From IMG/VR virus record IMGVR_UViG_3300027733_000048: DNA of 64,000 nucleotides; one strand, given 5' to 3'. Made by a program: the position numbers and the translations under genes. Shown one piece after another: positions 46,827-58,200 of this stretch; position 1 is the stretch's first letter; every line of letters begins with the position of its first letter. The notes under the pieces were generated by a model. That model ran no database searches, was not told the DNA's origin, and saw nothing but the letters and a program-made list of their open reading frames with translations. The DNA is from an uncultured virus (IMG/VR IMGVR_UViG_3300027733_000048) (taxonomy: Duplodnaviria; Heunggongvirae; Uroviricota; Caudoviricetes).

Positions 46827-48413
46827 TTATGATTCCCTGTAATATATAATTGCCATGCCGGTTCCTGCGTTGCTTACCATTTGGTCTAGTAAACATGGCG
46901 GGAATGCTAACGGTGTACTTGCAACCTGGTTACAACAATTAAATGCACCGCCGTGACATATACATAAAATTTGATGTTTAGCTTGTCCACCGCCACCGCC
47001 TTTGCCGGCTTTGCTGGTGTATCCGCAAATACCCACACCGCCGCTGCCGCCTAATGTACCTGCACAGGTAATAAACTGTGGGAATAATCCGTCGGGCATG
47101 AGCCATGCTTGATCACATTGGCTGCAACATCCTAATTGGCAAATTTTCTGCCAATTTGTCATGTTAATACCATCTCCCGTCATTCCTATGCCAAGATCAC
47201 TTATGCCGTCAGCGTCGCATAGCCTCAATGAAAATCCGCCAGTTCCGGCTCCTTCTCCTGCATTTCTTGGGCGAGGAGTTGAAATATAACTATAGGGATA
47301 ACACCCTATGCAAGCTAACAAACCAGTACCTGGCGAGCCATTGCCGCATATGTTTTGTATATCCCACTGTTCGCAATTTAATACGCACAAGCGGATTGGA
47401 GCCGCACACGCACATCTTGGTTGGCTATGTTCGCCACCGCAACGAACGCCAAATGGATACACACACGCTCCCGACCAGCCCCACTCAAATTCCCATCCAT
47501 ATGTACTGCTGTTGTCTGGGCCTCCTGGGCCTCCATCTCCGGATTTCCAATAACCACCGTCACATTGTTGCATAGTACTGCGGCATGAGATGTTACAACG
47601 AGATGATGATCCGCCACCGCCTTGATTGCTGGTAGGATACGGATAGCAAGGATATGTTCCGCTGCAACAGTATTGGGACAAACATATGCAGGCACAGCAA
47701 GAGTAATGCCATACTACTTGGCACACAGTGTCTCCAATACCAGCACCGCCTCCGGTAGTTGCGGAGTGTAAGTAACTGCAAACACAACTAGAACAGCCGC
47801 CGCTGATATTTCTTGGAGATCCGGCTGAAGCACCGCCCACAAAACCAGGGGTGGAGCCACCGCAAGTTCCGTTTGGATTACATATATGAACTATGCAGTA
47901 ACCGCAGCAGTTAGCAAAACATGTGTAGTAACATTGGTAGCTGCCGTCACTAGAGAAACAATTGCCGCCGGTACAGCCGCCCTTGCTGTTCCAATCGCCG
48001 CCAGATGCAGTACCTGAAACACATCCAGATGCTCCGCCTGCTGTGTGAACAGCTACACCGTTACAAGCAAGTGTGGTGTCTTGTTCTTGACTACCAACTA
48101 CTAGAGTCAACACTGTTGACCCGCCTGATGATGTCATACATTTTTCACTGTATGCTCCGCCGGAACCAGCTGTTGAACAACAACCCTGACTGCCGCCTGC
48201 AAAACATTTTGGTTTACCGCCTCCGCCAACTAATACGGTCCTGACACAAACTGCATTGGTTGGTGCAGTCCAGGTATAACTACCAGGGCGATCATATACT
48301 ACTTTATATTGCCAACATTGCTTACCATCGTAATAAGCCTTTGCACCTGTTACGCTAGGAGCAGCCTTTTCTGCGATAACTGTTGTTACGGTTATTGGGA
48401 CAAATCTTCCCAT
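46827..48413 (-). CDS. Cys/Gly-rich virion-like protein B (paralog of A, about 52 Cys)
   Basis: PGSYTWTAPTNAVCVRTVLVGGGG...AGTGMAIIYY; shares GGDWNS, CCGYC, NAGEGAGTGG, CAGTLGG and PLAFPPC with A. Confidence 0.8.
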   Translation of the reverse strand: MGRFVPITVTTVIAEKAAPSVTGAKAYYDGKQCWQYKVVYDRPGSYTWTAPTNAVCVRTVLVGGGGKPKCFAGGSQGCCSTAGSGGAYSEKCMTSSGGSTVLTLVVGSQEQDTTLACNGVAVHTAGGASGCVSGTASGGDWNSKGGCTGGNCFSSDGSYQCYYTCFANCCGYCIVHICNPNGTCGGSTPGFVGGASAGSPRNISGGCSSCVCSYLHSATTGGGAGIGDTVCQVVWHYSCCACICLSQYCCSGTYPCYPYPTSNQGGGGSSSRCNISCRSTMQQCDGGYWKSGDGGPGGPDNSSTYGWEFEWGWSGACVYPFGVRCGGEHSQPRCACAAPIRLCVLNCEQWDIQNICGNGSPGTGLLACIGCYPYSYISTPRPRNAGEGAGTGGFSLRLCDADGISDLGIGMTGDGINMTNWQKICQLGCCSQCDQAWLMPDGLFPQFITCAGTLGGSGGVGICGYTSKAGKGGGGGQAKHQILCICHGGAFNCCNQVASTPLAFPPCLLDQMVSNAGTGMAIIYYRES

Positions 48414-48425
48414 ATTATTCTCCCA

Positions 48426-48764
48426 TTAAACTGTGCTTGTTTCAATACCGTATACTACAGCATTGACACTAGTAGTACTTGAATATACTACTAAGTATTT
48501 GTTTGTTGCATCTAACACTAAACCAGTACGTTCTAACACAGAGTTAGCAGGAATAGTAACACCGTATTCAAGAAATGCGTTATCTGCCGGGGCAGTATTA
48601 CCTGCCGCTGATGTTGTTGTTAGTGCTACACGAACTGTAACTGGTGTTGCGTTTCTGTTACAAATTGTCAGTGATGCAACTGTAAATGTTGTAGCAGGGC
48701 AAGTATACACGTTAGTGTATGTTTGTGCCGCTAATTCTGCTACGCCTAATCTTCCTGATGCCAT
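48426..48764 (-). CDS. Small beta-rich virion protein
   Basis: VYTCPA...LTICNR...LEY...VLERTGLVL; GGAG RBS; within the structural operon. Confidence 0.65.
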   Translation of the reverse strand: MASGRLGVAELAAQTYTNVYTCPATTFTVASLTICNRNATPVTVRVALTTTSAAGNTAPADNAFLEYGVTIPANSVLERTGLVLDATNKYLVVYSSTTSVNAVVYGIETSTV

Positions 48765-48782
48765 GTTTATTTATTCTCCATT

Positions 48783-51700
48783 TTATGTTAAAAAGTATGC
48801 TAATGCCATCGGTGATCCATCAACGCCGCCAATAAAATAAAGTTTATTTGTTACGTTAATTTGAACACCTGTTGTAGTTGAAATTGTATTACCTGAAAGG
48901 TAAAGAACCCCTGCAGTTAATGTATTTACGTTCAATGAGCTACCGCCGCCACCTATTTGGCTTGAAATATATGCTTTAATAGCTTTTTGCGTAGGTACAA
49001 CATTATCACTGTTAAGCGTAAAGTACGGATCAGTTGAGAACGAAGTAACAGTAGCACTTGTTCCGCCTAATGTTACTGCACCTAATGTTAACTGATTTAA
49101 TCCTGCAATGTTAAATGCATCTGCGTTTAATGTTGCAACACCAGTTGATTGTTGTACAGTAAATAAGTTACCAACGTTAAAATTACCGTCTTGATCAGTA
49201 CTTGTAAAGAACACCCGTCCGCCGCCATATTGAACAGTTTGTTTTGTTGCATCTACTGCGAATGCTGGTGTATTTGGGTAATTAGTATTTGTAATATTAC
49301 CAGTACCAATGTTTAAGAAATCATGTCCTGTTAATCGTACTTGACTGTATTTAATACGCAGTGTAGTTGCCACTACATGCGTAGGTGCAAGTGAAATTGT
49401 CATACTTGGACTAATTTGCAATGTTGCATTATATGGTGCAATCCCAGAACCCGAACTTAGATAATTGTTAACTGCTACAACTTTATACACTGTTGAGTTA
49501 CCTGTAAATACTACGTTAGCCCCAGCAATTGGTTGGCTTGTTAATCCTGATACATTAACATAGTTTCCTATCTGATAAGTATCTGCATATCCATTACCGG
49601 TTACAGTTGCACTTGCAGTTGCAAATTGGGTACCTCTATTAATAAAGGTTGGATTAGCTAGCGCACCTACACCTGTTCTAACCGTATATGTAAATGCACT
49701 AGTAGCATTTGGATCAGTGATAGTCAAAGTTGGTGTTGAACCATAACTACTTCCTGGTTCAATGATTCTAAATTCACTAATTGCACCAGTTGATACTTTT
49801 ACACGACCTCTAGCAGTTGCACCTAATGTTAATGTATACATTCCACTCGTAGATGATTGAGGTAAAATTACCCAAGTTGGAGTGTTATTTGGATTACCAA
49901 AAGCAAGTGAGGTGTTTGTTAACGATGCTAGTGTTCTAGATGTCCAAAAAATACCGTCTTCTGAGGTTAACATTCCGCCACCGGAATTTGCTATTACAAC
50001 AAATAAACCTTGTGCATATTTAACTCTGTACCATTGTCCGGATGGTAATGTTACTGGATACCATGTAATACCGTCTAATGAATAAGCTGCTGCAGTACCG
50101 CTCGAAATTGCCACAAATTTACCATTACCGTATGTAACACTTGCCCACGAAGTACTTGTTGGCAATATTGTCGCAGTCCACGTTGTTCCGTCATTTGTTG
50201 AATACGATGCTTGTGTTGACGGTGCACCAGCTACAGCAACCCATGTTCCTGCTCCGTATGCCATTGCTTGCCAAACACCTATCGCTAATAATCCGCCAGT
50301 AGTCCATGTTGCGCCACCGTCGGACGATATGTTCGAAACATATGTTTGATTTAATGCTATAAACTTACCATTCCCGTATGCAACACACGCCCAACTTGTT
50401 GCTGAACTTAACGTACCACCTACAGTCCATGATGTTCCGCCATTAGTTGTATATGCAGTATTGTTAGATCCATTTTGTATAGCAACCCAAGTACTAACTC
50501 CACTCACAACACCATATGAGATTGCTCTCCAATTTGATGATGCAAGCGTGCCGCCTGCAGTCCATGTTCCGCTTCCTACTGAACTGTATGTACTAGCAGT
50601 ACTAGATGCTCCGCCTTGTATTGCAACAAATCTGCCACCGGCGCCAAACCCACTATATGTAAAGTTAGTAATTACACCAGATGCGCTGAGAACACTTGTT
50701 ACAGTAATTGTAATATCATTAGTCGAAGTACCGCCTAAACTAGTACCGGCAATTGTTAATGTATTTCCAACCACATAATTTGTACCGGGCGTTTGTAGTG
50801 TTATTGCATAAGCAACACCTGTTCTTACAACGGTAAATGCAGCACTAGATCCAGAACCACCGGTTGCGCTAACTGCAGTATAAGTAGCAATTATGTTACC
50901 GTATTCCATGTCGATCCAAGTACTTGATGCAATAGTACTATTACTATACCCTGCATACGCAGGAGAATTGAACACAATTCTAGGTTCGATAATATAACTA
51001 GTAGTAACGTCTAATGCTGCAACAGCCGGGGTACCATTAATTGCATGATCCCAACCTGCAGCATGTACTGCCACTGTTTGAGCCGATGTATCTGCATTTA
51101 TGTCAAACACAGTACCGGCAGCAATTGTACTAATACTAAATTGTGTAGTACTTGAAATAGTGTTAACATAGTACAACGTATTTGCTGAAATATTAGCAAG
51201 AGCAGCACCAAAATAAATTGGCATATTTGCTGTTAATGTGCTTGTACTTGCCACAGTAATTAAATCAGAACTTGCAGTTGTTGCAGTTGCAGTCATTCTT
51301 GGAAAACTTTCTTTTGCAACTAATGCAAGTTTAGTTCCTGAGTTGTAACTAACAATATATCCACTTTGTCCTGCACCTGTACCACTTAATAGTTGAATTC
51401 GCATACCGGTGTAAGCACTGCTAATTGCGCTATCAACTGCAGCGATTGTAATCTGAACAATGTTACCGTTTTGTGCTGTATTTGTAGAAGTTACATAGTT
51501 TGCACCAGTAGTTAATACTCTTGTTTCAAATACTGCATTATCTCTAAATTCATTACCTACAGTAACCACACCGTAACCTGAGCCACTAAATGCATAAGTT
51601 GCAGTATTATATCCAGTACCTGCATTAGAATATTCAACACGGTAAATTTTATTAACAACATCAGTAACTACGTTAGAAATCAACGCTTGATTAGCACGGT

Positions 51701-54700
51701 TGTTTACGATTGCAGTTAATGCAGTTTCAGATGAATCAACACCTTCAGCTACTGTACCGTATGACCCATATGAACTATTACCATTTGTTGCACGAATTTT
51801 ACCACCGTTTTCAGCCAAGTATCCAATGTGAGCATAGTATGAGAACACTGAAACTAATTCAGTTAACGCATTTGAACCTATACACCATGCACCGATGCCA
51901 TCACTTATAATTTGTGTAAAATCGTTTGCTACAATAGAACGATTACCACCGTTATGTAAAGTACCGTCAATTTTTAAACCAGTGCAAGCAGTTCCAAAAG
52001 TTGTTACGTTTTGAATATACGGACTACGTGCTGTAATCCATGTGCGCGTATCAGCAGCACCCCAACCTGGATCTAAACTAACATAAGCACCTGCAGTTGG
52101 TCGTTGTGTGCCGTAGCTATTAGCAGCACCTAATGTACCAGTTAGACCTTGAACGGTTACATTGCGCAAACCAGTTGCGTTACGTACATAGAACATATCT
52201 TCAAGTACCGAAGTTTGAACACTGCGTCTGTAATAGCGAGCAGCTAATAACGTTCTGTAGTTACCAACATACACTAAGTCATATTTCATTGCATCTATTA
52301 ATTCTCTAACATCACGCGCACACATTGTAGAATCATATGATAATTTTACAGTAAACGACATTGCTGATGTAGTACCCCAAGTTAACGCAGTACCGCCCGA
52401 TGTTGCTGCAACAGTAAGAACATTTCCACTTGAAGTTTTAACATAATACACAGTTCCAACTACAATGTTAGATGCACCTATAGTACCACTGAACACAACT
52501 GGCATACCAACTGTAAAGTTAGTTGAACTTGCAACAGTAATATTAGCGCCAGAGGTTGCTGATACACTTGTACTATACGTAACATTAGTGTATGCAACTG
52601 CTTCTTGAGCTAGAAATTCTTTGTTTGCTTCTAGTATCTCGACTGCATTATAATTTGCTTGAGTTGCAGTTGGTGCTACGGTACCGGTTAACGTTGGTGC
52701 AGACCCGCTACTGTTAATATAGAAATTAATATAATCTTTATAATTAGTGAATAACGTAGTAAGTGTACTTGCTGAAATTGAACTTGCTGGACGAGTAGCT
52801 ACTTGAGTTGCTGTATTTCCTGCTGAAGCAGACACTGCACCGTTTGTTAATACCGTTGCAATAATAGCACTTAATCTAGTAACTGCTGCTAAACTATAAG
52901 TTGTATCAGTTGTTGGAATAGTAGTGCTTCTTGGTCTAATGTTAGAAGACCGTAATTCGTCACCTACGATAGCAGTGTTTGCCGGAATAATAATTGGCAA
53001 TGTTTCATAGTAAATACCAGTTTTAACAAAGATTGTATAAGTTGTATTAACAACTGCCGGAATGTTTGTACTAACACCTGTAGTAATCGCATCAGTTACA
53101 ATTTTTACTAAGTTTGTAACAATAGTAGTAACACCAGATTCTAATGTTTTAGTTGAATCAGACACTCGCGTAACTGTACTTTGGTATGTTGTACTAGGCG
53201 CAGTGTTTGCAATAACTGCATTAACAACTGCAACCATTTGATTATATCCAGCAACATCTTGTGTTTTTTGGGTATTGAGTAAAGTGTATGACGCTAGTAA
53301 ATAAGCATTTGCTGCTGCTACTGAACGTGCATTACCACCGTGTGATAAATCATATACTAACGCATCTACAATATAGCCAATGTCTCGTTCGCAAGTTGCT
53401 GCAACATAAGTAAACCCAACAAACGGTGCAATATTGTTTGTAATTTGATATGCAATCCAAGCAATAACTTCTTTCTGTATGTAACTTCTATTTCTTGCAA
53501 GTAAGTAAGATCCGTTTGGAGTTAACGAACCTCTTTCAACTTGTTCAGTTGCATAGCGAACAGTTTGCCATGGACGATCTAATGTAACACCGTAATCAGG
53601 TGAAGGATTGTTAACGCCCGACGGTGCAACATAATATACTTGATCAATAATGCCATAGTAACTCCATGTCGGAATTAATCCTGCAGAAACTTTTAATACT
53701 TGACCTGCAGTGCCAATCGGTAATCTAGTTGGTCCAGATGCAGCCATGTACGGAATATCACCAGTGGTTGTTAACACTGATATTGTTGCACCTGCTGCAA
53801 CTATGTTCCAGTATGTTGCAACGGTATCGTTGTCTGGTCGATTACCGGTTGCACTAGTATGAGCTAAAATACAAATGTAACTGTTTGGTCCAAAACTTAC
53901 AGTATCACCTGCAACATATCCAATTGTAGTTGCCCATGTTGCTGCAATTCCAGTATATGTAATTGAAGCAATTGCACTTCCTGAAATAGTAGCAACTGTA
54001 ATTACAATATCGTTAAATGGAGTTATTCCGCCTACATTTGAACCTAAAATTTTAATTGTATTAGTAGCAGCGTATCCTGTTCCAACTGCGTTTACGGTAA
54101 CCGTGTATGCAGTACCAACAGTAGACACGTTAAAGGTAGCAGTTGTACCGGTACCTACAATGTTCGTTCCTGCTAGTGCAGTGTATGATTTGGCAGTATT
54201 GTTCCATTTAACACCTTGGTTCAATCTTGACCAATATGTTAAATTTGGTGGTGTATTTGAACCACTTGATGTATGATCTAAAATTGCAACATAGGTATAA
54301 CCACCAAGACGAATTACATTACCTACTAAGTATGACGTAGCAGTTGTCCAATCACCAATTAATGTAAATCCAGTTGTAAATAATCCCCAGTTTGCAGTGC
54401 TTGTAGATGGTGTTTGATTTGTATTATTAGTTTTACTAATATATGAATAACCACCGTATCCAACAATGTCCCCCGGTTGATAAGTAGTTACATTTGACCA
54501 TGTATTTTCAAAGGTCAACGCTTCTACAAATCTTGCCCAGTTTGCTTCTGCAAATGTAGCAGATGATGTGTGAAATGTTGTACAAATCCAAACATCTGCA
54601 CCAAAGTTTACTAAGTCGTTAACTTTGTAACGCACTGAACTTCCGCTCCATTGGCCTAAATAATCAATACCTTTGTGGAAAATATCCCAATATCCAATAT

Positions 54701-55193
54701 TATTTTCTAAACCGAGTGTTGCAGTTGCGGCAGAAGTATGACCAGTATTACAAACATACACAATACCACCGTATTTTACAACATCGTTAATTTTATATTT
54801 TGTTGAAATTGCCCAAGAAGTTTGCCAGTTAAATCCAGTAGCATACACATCCCAGTTTACACTATTAGCTTCTAATCCTAACGTCGCAGTTGCAGCAGAC
54901 GTGTGGGTAGTTATACAGATATATAGTTTACCTCCATATTTTACAACATCATTTAATCTATAATATGTGTTAATTGCCCAATCTGACATCCATGCAGTAC
55001 CATCTGAAACTTGATTCCAATATGTTGGTACATTTGTTCTATCAGTAGTAAAATCTGCAGAACTAGTATGTCCAATAACACAAACATACGTTTTCCCACC
55101 ATTTCGTATGATGTCATCTTTTAAATACGTCGTAGAAGATGCCCATGCACCTTTCCATATAAACCGTATTCTACCTAATTTAAATTCAGCCAT
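48783..55193 (-). CDS. Giant virion structural protein (2136 aa): N-terminal CBM5/12-like W..Y..D.V.YGG repeats, beta-helix-like region, BNR/beta-propeller-like region
   Basis: Repeated W.....Y...DVV.YGG..Y.C...H; YYVAPSG...PWQTV; SxDGxTW Asp-box repeats; C-terminal SQVRLTGHDFL...STDQDGNF. Confidence 0.85.
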   Translation of the reverse strand: MAEFKLGRIRFIWKGAWASSTTYLKDDIIRNGGKTYVCVIGHTSSADFTTDRTNVPTYWNQVSDGTAWMSDWAINTYYRLNDVVKYGGKLYICITTHTSAATATLGLEANSVNWDVYATGFNWQTSWAISTKYKINDVVKYGGIVYVCNTGHTSAATATLGLENNIGYWDIFHKGIDYLGQWSGSSVRYKVNDLVNFGADVWICTTFHTSSATFAEANWARFVEALTFENTWSNVTTYQPGDIVGYGGYSYISKTNNTNQTPSTSTANWGLFTTGFTLIGDWTTATSYLVGNVIRLGGYTYVAILDHTSSGSNTPPNLTYWSRLNQGVKWNNTAKSYTALAGTNIVGTGTTATFNVSTVGTAYTVTVNAVGTGYAATNTIKILGSNVGGITPFNDIVITVATISGSAIASITYTGIAATWATTIGYVAGDTVSFGPNSYICILAHTSATGNRPDNDTVATYWNIVAAGATISVLTTTGDIPYMAASGPTRLPIGTAGQVLKVSAGLIPTWSYYGIIDQVYYVAPSGVNNPSPDYGVTLDRPWQTVRYATEQVERGSLTPNGSYLLARNRSYIQKEVIAWIAYQITNNIAPFVGFTYVAATCERDIGYIVDALVYDLSHGGNARSVAAANAYLLASYTLLNTQKTQDVAGYNQMVAVVNAVIANTAPSTTYQSTVTRVSDSTKTLESGVTTIVTNLVKIVTDAITTGVSTNIPAVVNTTYTIFVKTGIYYETLPIIIPANTAIVGDELRSSNIRPRSTTIPTTDTTYSLAAVTRLSAIIATVLTNGAVSASAGNTATQVATRPASSISASTLTTLFTNYKDYINFYINSSGSAPTLTGTVAPTATQANYNAVEILEANKEFLAQEAVAYTNVTYSTSVSATSGANITVASSTNFTVGMPVVFSGTIGASNIVVGTVYYVKTSSGNVLTVAATSGGTALTWGTTSAMSFTVKLSYDSTMCARDVRELIDAMKYDLVYVGNYRTLLAARYYRRSVQTSVLEDMFYVRNATGLRNVTVQGLTGTLGAANSYGTQRPTAGAYVSLDPGWGAADTRTWITARSPYIQNVTTFGTACTGLKIDGTLHNGGNRSIVANDFTQIISDGIGAWCIGSNALTELVSVFSYYAHIGYLAENGGKIRATNGNSSYGSYGTVAEGVDSSETALTAIVNNRANQALISNVVTDVVNKIYRVEYSNAGTGYNTATYAFSGSGYGVVTVGNEFRDNAVFETRVLTTGANYVTSTNTAQNGNIVQITIAAVDSAISSAYTGMRIQLLSGTGAGQSGYIVSYNSGTKLALVAKESFPRMTATATTASSDLITVASTSTLTANMPIYFGAALANISANTLYYVNTISSTTQFSISTIAAGTVFDINADTSAQTVAVHAAGWDHAINGTPAVAALDVTTSYIIEPRIVFNSPAYAGYSNSTIASSTWIDMEYGNIIATYTAVSATGGSGSSAAFTVVRTGVAYAITLQTPGTNYVVGNTLTIAGTSLGGTSTNDITITVTSVLSASGVITNFTYSGFGAGGRFVAIQGGASSTASTYSSVGSGTWTAGGTLASSNWRAISYGVVSGVSTWVAIQNGSNNTAYTTNGGTSWTVGGTLSSATSWACVAYGNGKFIALNQTYVSNISSDGGATWTTGGLLAIGVWQAMAYGAGTWVAVAGAPSTQASYSTNDGTTWTATILPTSTSWASVTYGNGKFVAISSGTAAAYSLDGITWYPVTLPSGQWYRVKYAQGLFVVIANSGGGMLTSEDGIFWTSRTLASLTNTSLAFGNPNNTPTWVILPQSSTSGMYTLTLGATARGRVKVSTGAISEFRIIEPGSSYGSTPTLTITDPNATSAFTYTVRTGVGALANPTFINRGTQFATASATVTGNGYADTYQIGNYVNVSGLTSQPIAGANVVFTGNSTVYKVVAVNNYLSSGSGIAPYNATLQISPSMTISLAPTHVVATTLRIKYSQVRLTGHDFLNIGTGNITNTNYPNTPAFAVDATKQTVQYGGGRVFFTSTDQDGNFNVGNLFTVQQSTGVATLNADAFNIAGLNQLTLGAVTLGGTSATVTSFSTDPYFTLNSDNVVPTQKAIKAYISSQIGGGGSSLNVNTLTAGVLYLSGNTISTTTGVQINVTNKLYFIGGVDGSPMALAYFLT

Positions 55194-55242
55194 TTAATGC
55201 TCCAAAATCTTTTATACATCTATTTATGTGTTTTTACGCCAA

Positions 55243-58200
55243 TTATCTTCTATTAATACTAATTTTAAAATATGCTAATGCCATCATAACACCGTCTACG
55301 CCTTTAGTTATGTTCATCTTGTTATTAACTTTAATAGTTGTGCCTGCAGATGAAAATATACCAAACGGTCCTACGCCAACCGTACCAGCAACCAATTTTG
55401 AAGTTTGTGCGTTTGACCCACCGTTACTAATCTGATTTGCCATATATAATTTAATTGCCCGTTGGGTCGGCACAATGTTATCACTATTTGCAACAAAATA
55501 TTGATCTGTTGAGAATTGTGTAATTGTTACTGTGTTTTGTCCAACTTGTACACCACCTAATGTGATCTGATTAAGCCCTGACAGATTAAATAAATCTGCA
55601 GATATAGTTACTGAACCAGTTGCTTGTTGCACACCAAATAAATTACCAACTTTAAAGTTTCCATCTTCATCAGTTGAAGTTACAAACACCCGACCTAAAT
55701 TATTTTCTGAAATTTGATTGTAAGATTTTTTACTAGTAACATCAACATCTGGATAGTTTGTAGTAGTCTTATTTCCGGTGCCTATCATTAAATAATCATG
55801 TCCGGTTAACCGTACTTGACTGTACTTTTGCCTAATTGAAATTGCAGTACCGTGTGGGAATGTATTTGATCTAGTAATACTTGGACTAATCTGTAAGTAA
55901 TAACTTCCACTAGTTAAATTTGTAATATTAACAATTTTATATTGAGTTTGATTAGTTCCGATTGTTAAACTCGAACCTAAACTTGGTGCATATGATAAAC
56001 TACTAACCGTTAAATATTTTGAAATTTGATAGATATCAGCGTAACCTGCACCACCTGAAATTGTACATACAGTAGTTGATGTTTGATAATTGCTACCTCT
56101 ATTAGTAAATGTTGGATTAGCTAATACACCGTTACCTACACGACAGTTTACAATTGCAGTTGAAGTTGCATTTGGGTCGGTAATAGTTACTACTGCACCA
56201 GGTTCAGTAGTTGCGTAATAATTTGCTGCAATTAATGTTTGGCTAACACTAACAGTATAACGTTTACCTTGGTAATTTGCACTTGCGGGTAACGATTGAC
56301 TAATATTAATTTGATACCTAATTCCAGTAATACTCAAATCACTCCACGCTCCAGATTGGCTAAGTTGCCAAGTACTATTTGTTCCTGCACCGCTAATGTT
56401 TTCAACAATGTATGTCCCAGCCGGGACTGTACTACCAGTTAATACCATACCTGCATATATAATACCAGAGCTCATTGATGCTACTGTTAACGTTGTGCCA
56501 GACACTGTGCCAGAAAAGACCGCAGTTTCTGCACTAGTTACGGTTGTACCAGTTGCTATACCTGAATCAGTAAGCACGTATCCAACATTCATAGAACCAG
56601 TTAACACTGCAGTTACCGTTAATACAGTACCATTAATAAATCCAGTAAATGAAACATCATTTTGTGCAGTAATAGTAGTATTATTAGCAACATTACCAAG
56701 TCCGCCGTATAGAGTCATACCAGTAACAATTGATCCTAAATTTACCGCAGTAACAGATAAAATTGTACTAGTTACACTACCAAAAAATTGTGCAATATTT
56801 GTAGTTGTCGAATACCCGCTACCCGGATCCCATATTTTAATTGCGCCTATTTTGCTTGATCCAACAGTTACTCTGCCTAATGCGCGTGTTCCAGATAATC
56901 CTGGATTTGAAAAAGTCACACGAGGTTCAATACTATATACAGTTGTTGAATCTAATGCTACTTCAATAGCGGTACCTGGAATTACATGATCCCATCCTGC
57001 AACATTAGTACTTTCTGTATAAACAGAAACAGTTTTTGAAAGACTAGCATATGCTTGGATGTAACCATATTGGCCAACACCAGTACCACTAGTGATAATA
57101 ATACGCATACTTACATAATTTGCTGCAAGATTTTGATCGTTTGATGCAATTACAATTGTAGTAGCAGTGCCGTTTTGAGCCTGATTTCCTGCAGTTAAAT
57201 AGCCATACCCGCCTGCACTTGAATCAGAACCAATTAGCATTGCTTCGTAAATTGCGCCATTTCTAAAGTTGTTTGCTACTGTTTCAATACCTGTACCAGC
57301 GCCTGTAAATGTATAAGTAGGCGGAGATGCAGCTGAATAGTTTTGTCCAGCATTTGAATATTCAAGTATTAACACCTTATTTTGCGCTTGGCCGGCAAAT
57401 ACAGACGCAACTTGTGCAGATTGATTTCTATTATTAACCGTTCCAGTTAATGGTGTTTCAGCAATATCGTATCCTTCAGAAACAGTACCAAATGTACCAT
57501 ATGAACTGTTACCGTTAGTAGCTCGTATTTTGCCACCTGCCTCTGCTAGGTAACCAATGTGTCCATAATATGAAAACACCGATACTAATTCAACAAGTGC
57601 ATTAGATCCAATACACCATACCCCAATGCCGTCACTTAAGACTTGTGTAAAATCATTTGCAACAATAGAACGATTGCCGCCGTTGTGTAATGTGCCGTCA
57701 ATTTTTAAACCAGTACAGCCAGTTCCAAATGTAGATACATTCTGTACATATGGTGATTTAGTTGTAATCCAAACACTAGAATCGTTAATGCTGGCGCCTG
57801 GATCTAAGCTAACATACGCACCTGCAGTTGGTCGACTAGTTCCGTAGATATTTGCAGCACCTAGTGTTCCGGTAAGTCCAGTTAATGTCATATTTCTAAT
57901 ACCAGTACCGTTTCTTAATAAGAACATGTTTGTTGTTTTGTAATCAATAGCAGGTTGCACCACTGTACTTCTAATTTCGTCACCAACTAATTCTAATCCA
58001 GCAGCAACAATAATAGGTAATGTTTCAGTATAAACACCAGTTTTAATAAACAATGTTGCACTCGATACTGCTAATGCTCTAATAAAATCGCAAGCATATT
58101 TAATTGTTAAGAATGGATTAGCTAGTGTTGTGCCCGAACTTGCAGTATTTGTACCATTTGGTGCAACAAAATACACATTAGTAATACCGCCAAAATCTCC

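Noticed and set aside
45206..48413. Cys richness caused by an alternative genetic code, or the genes being RiPP precursors
   Set aside because: Conserved enzymes translate normally with expected Cys usage and standard stops; the proteins exceed 500 aa with a structural glycine-rich framework rather than a leader-core layout
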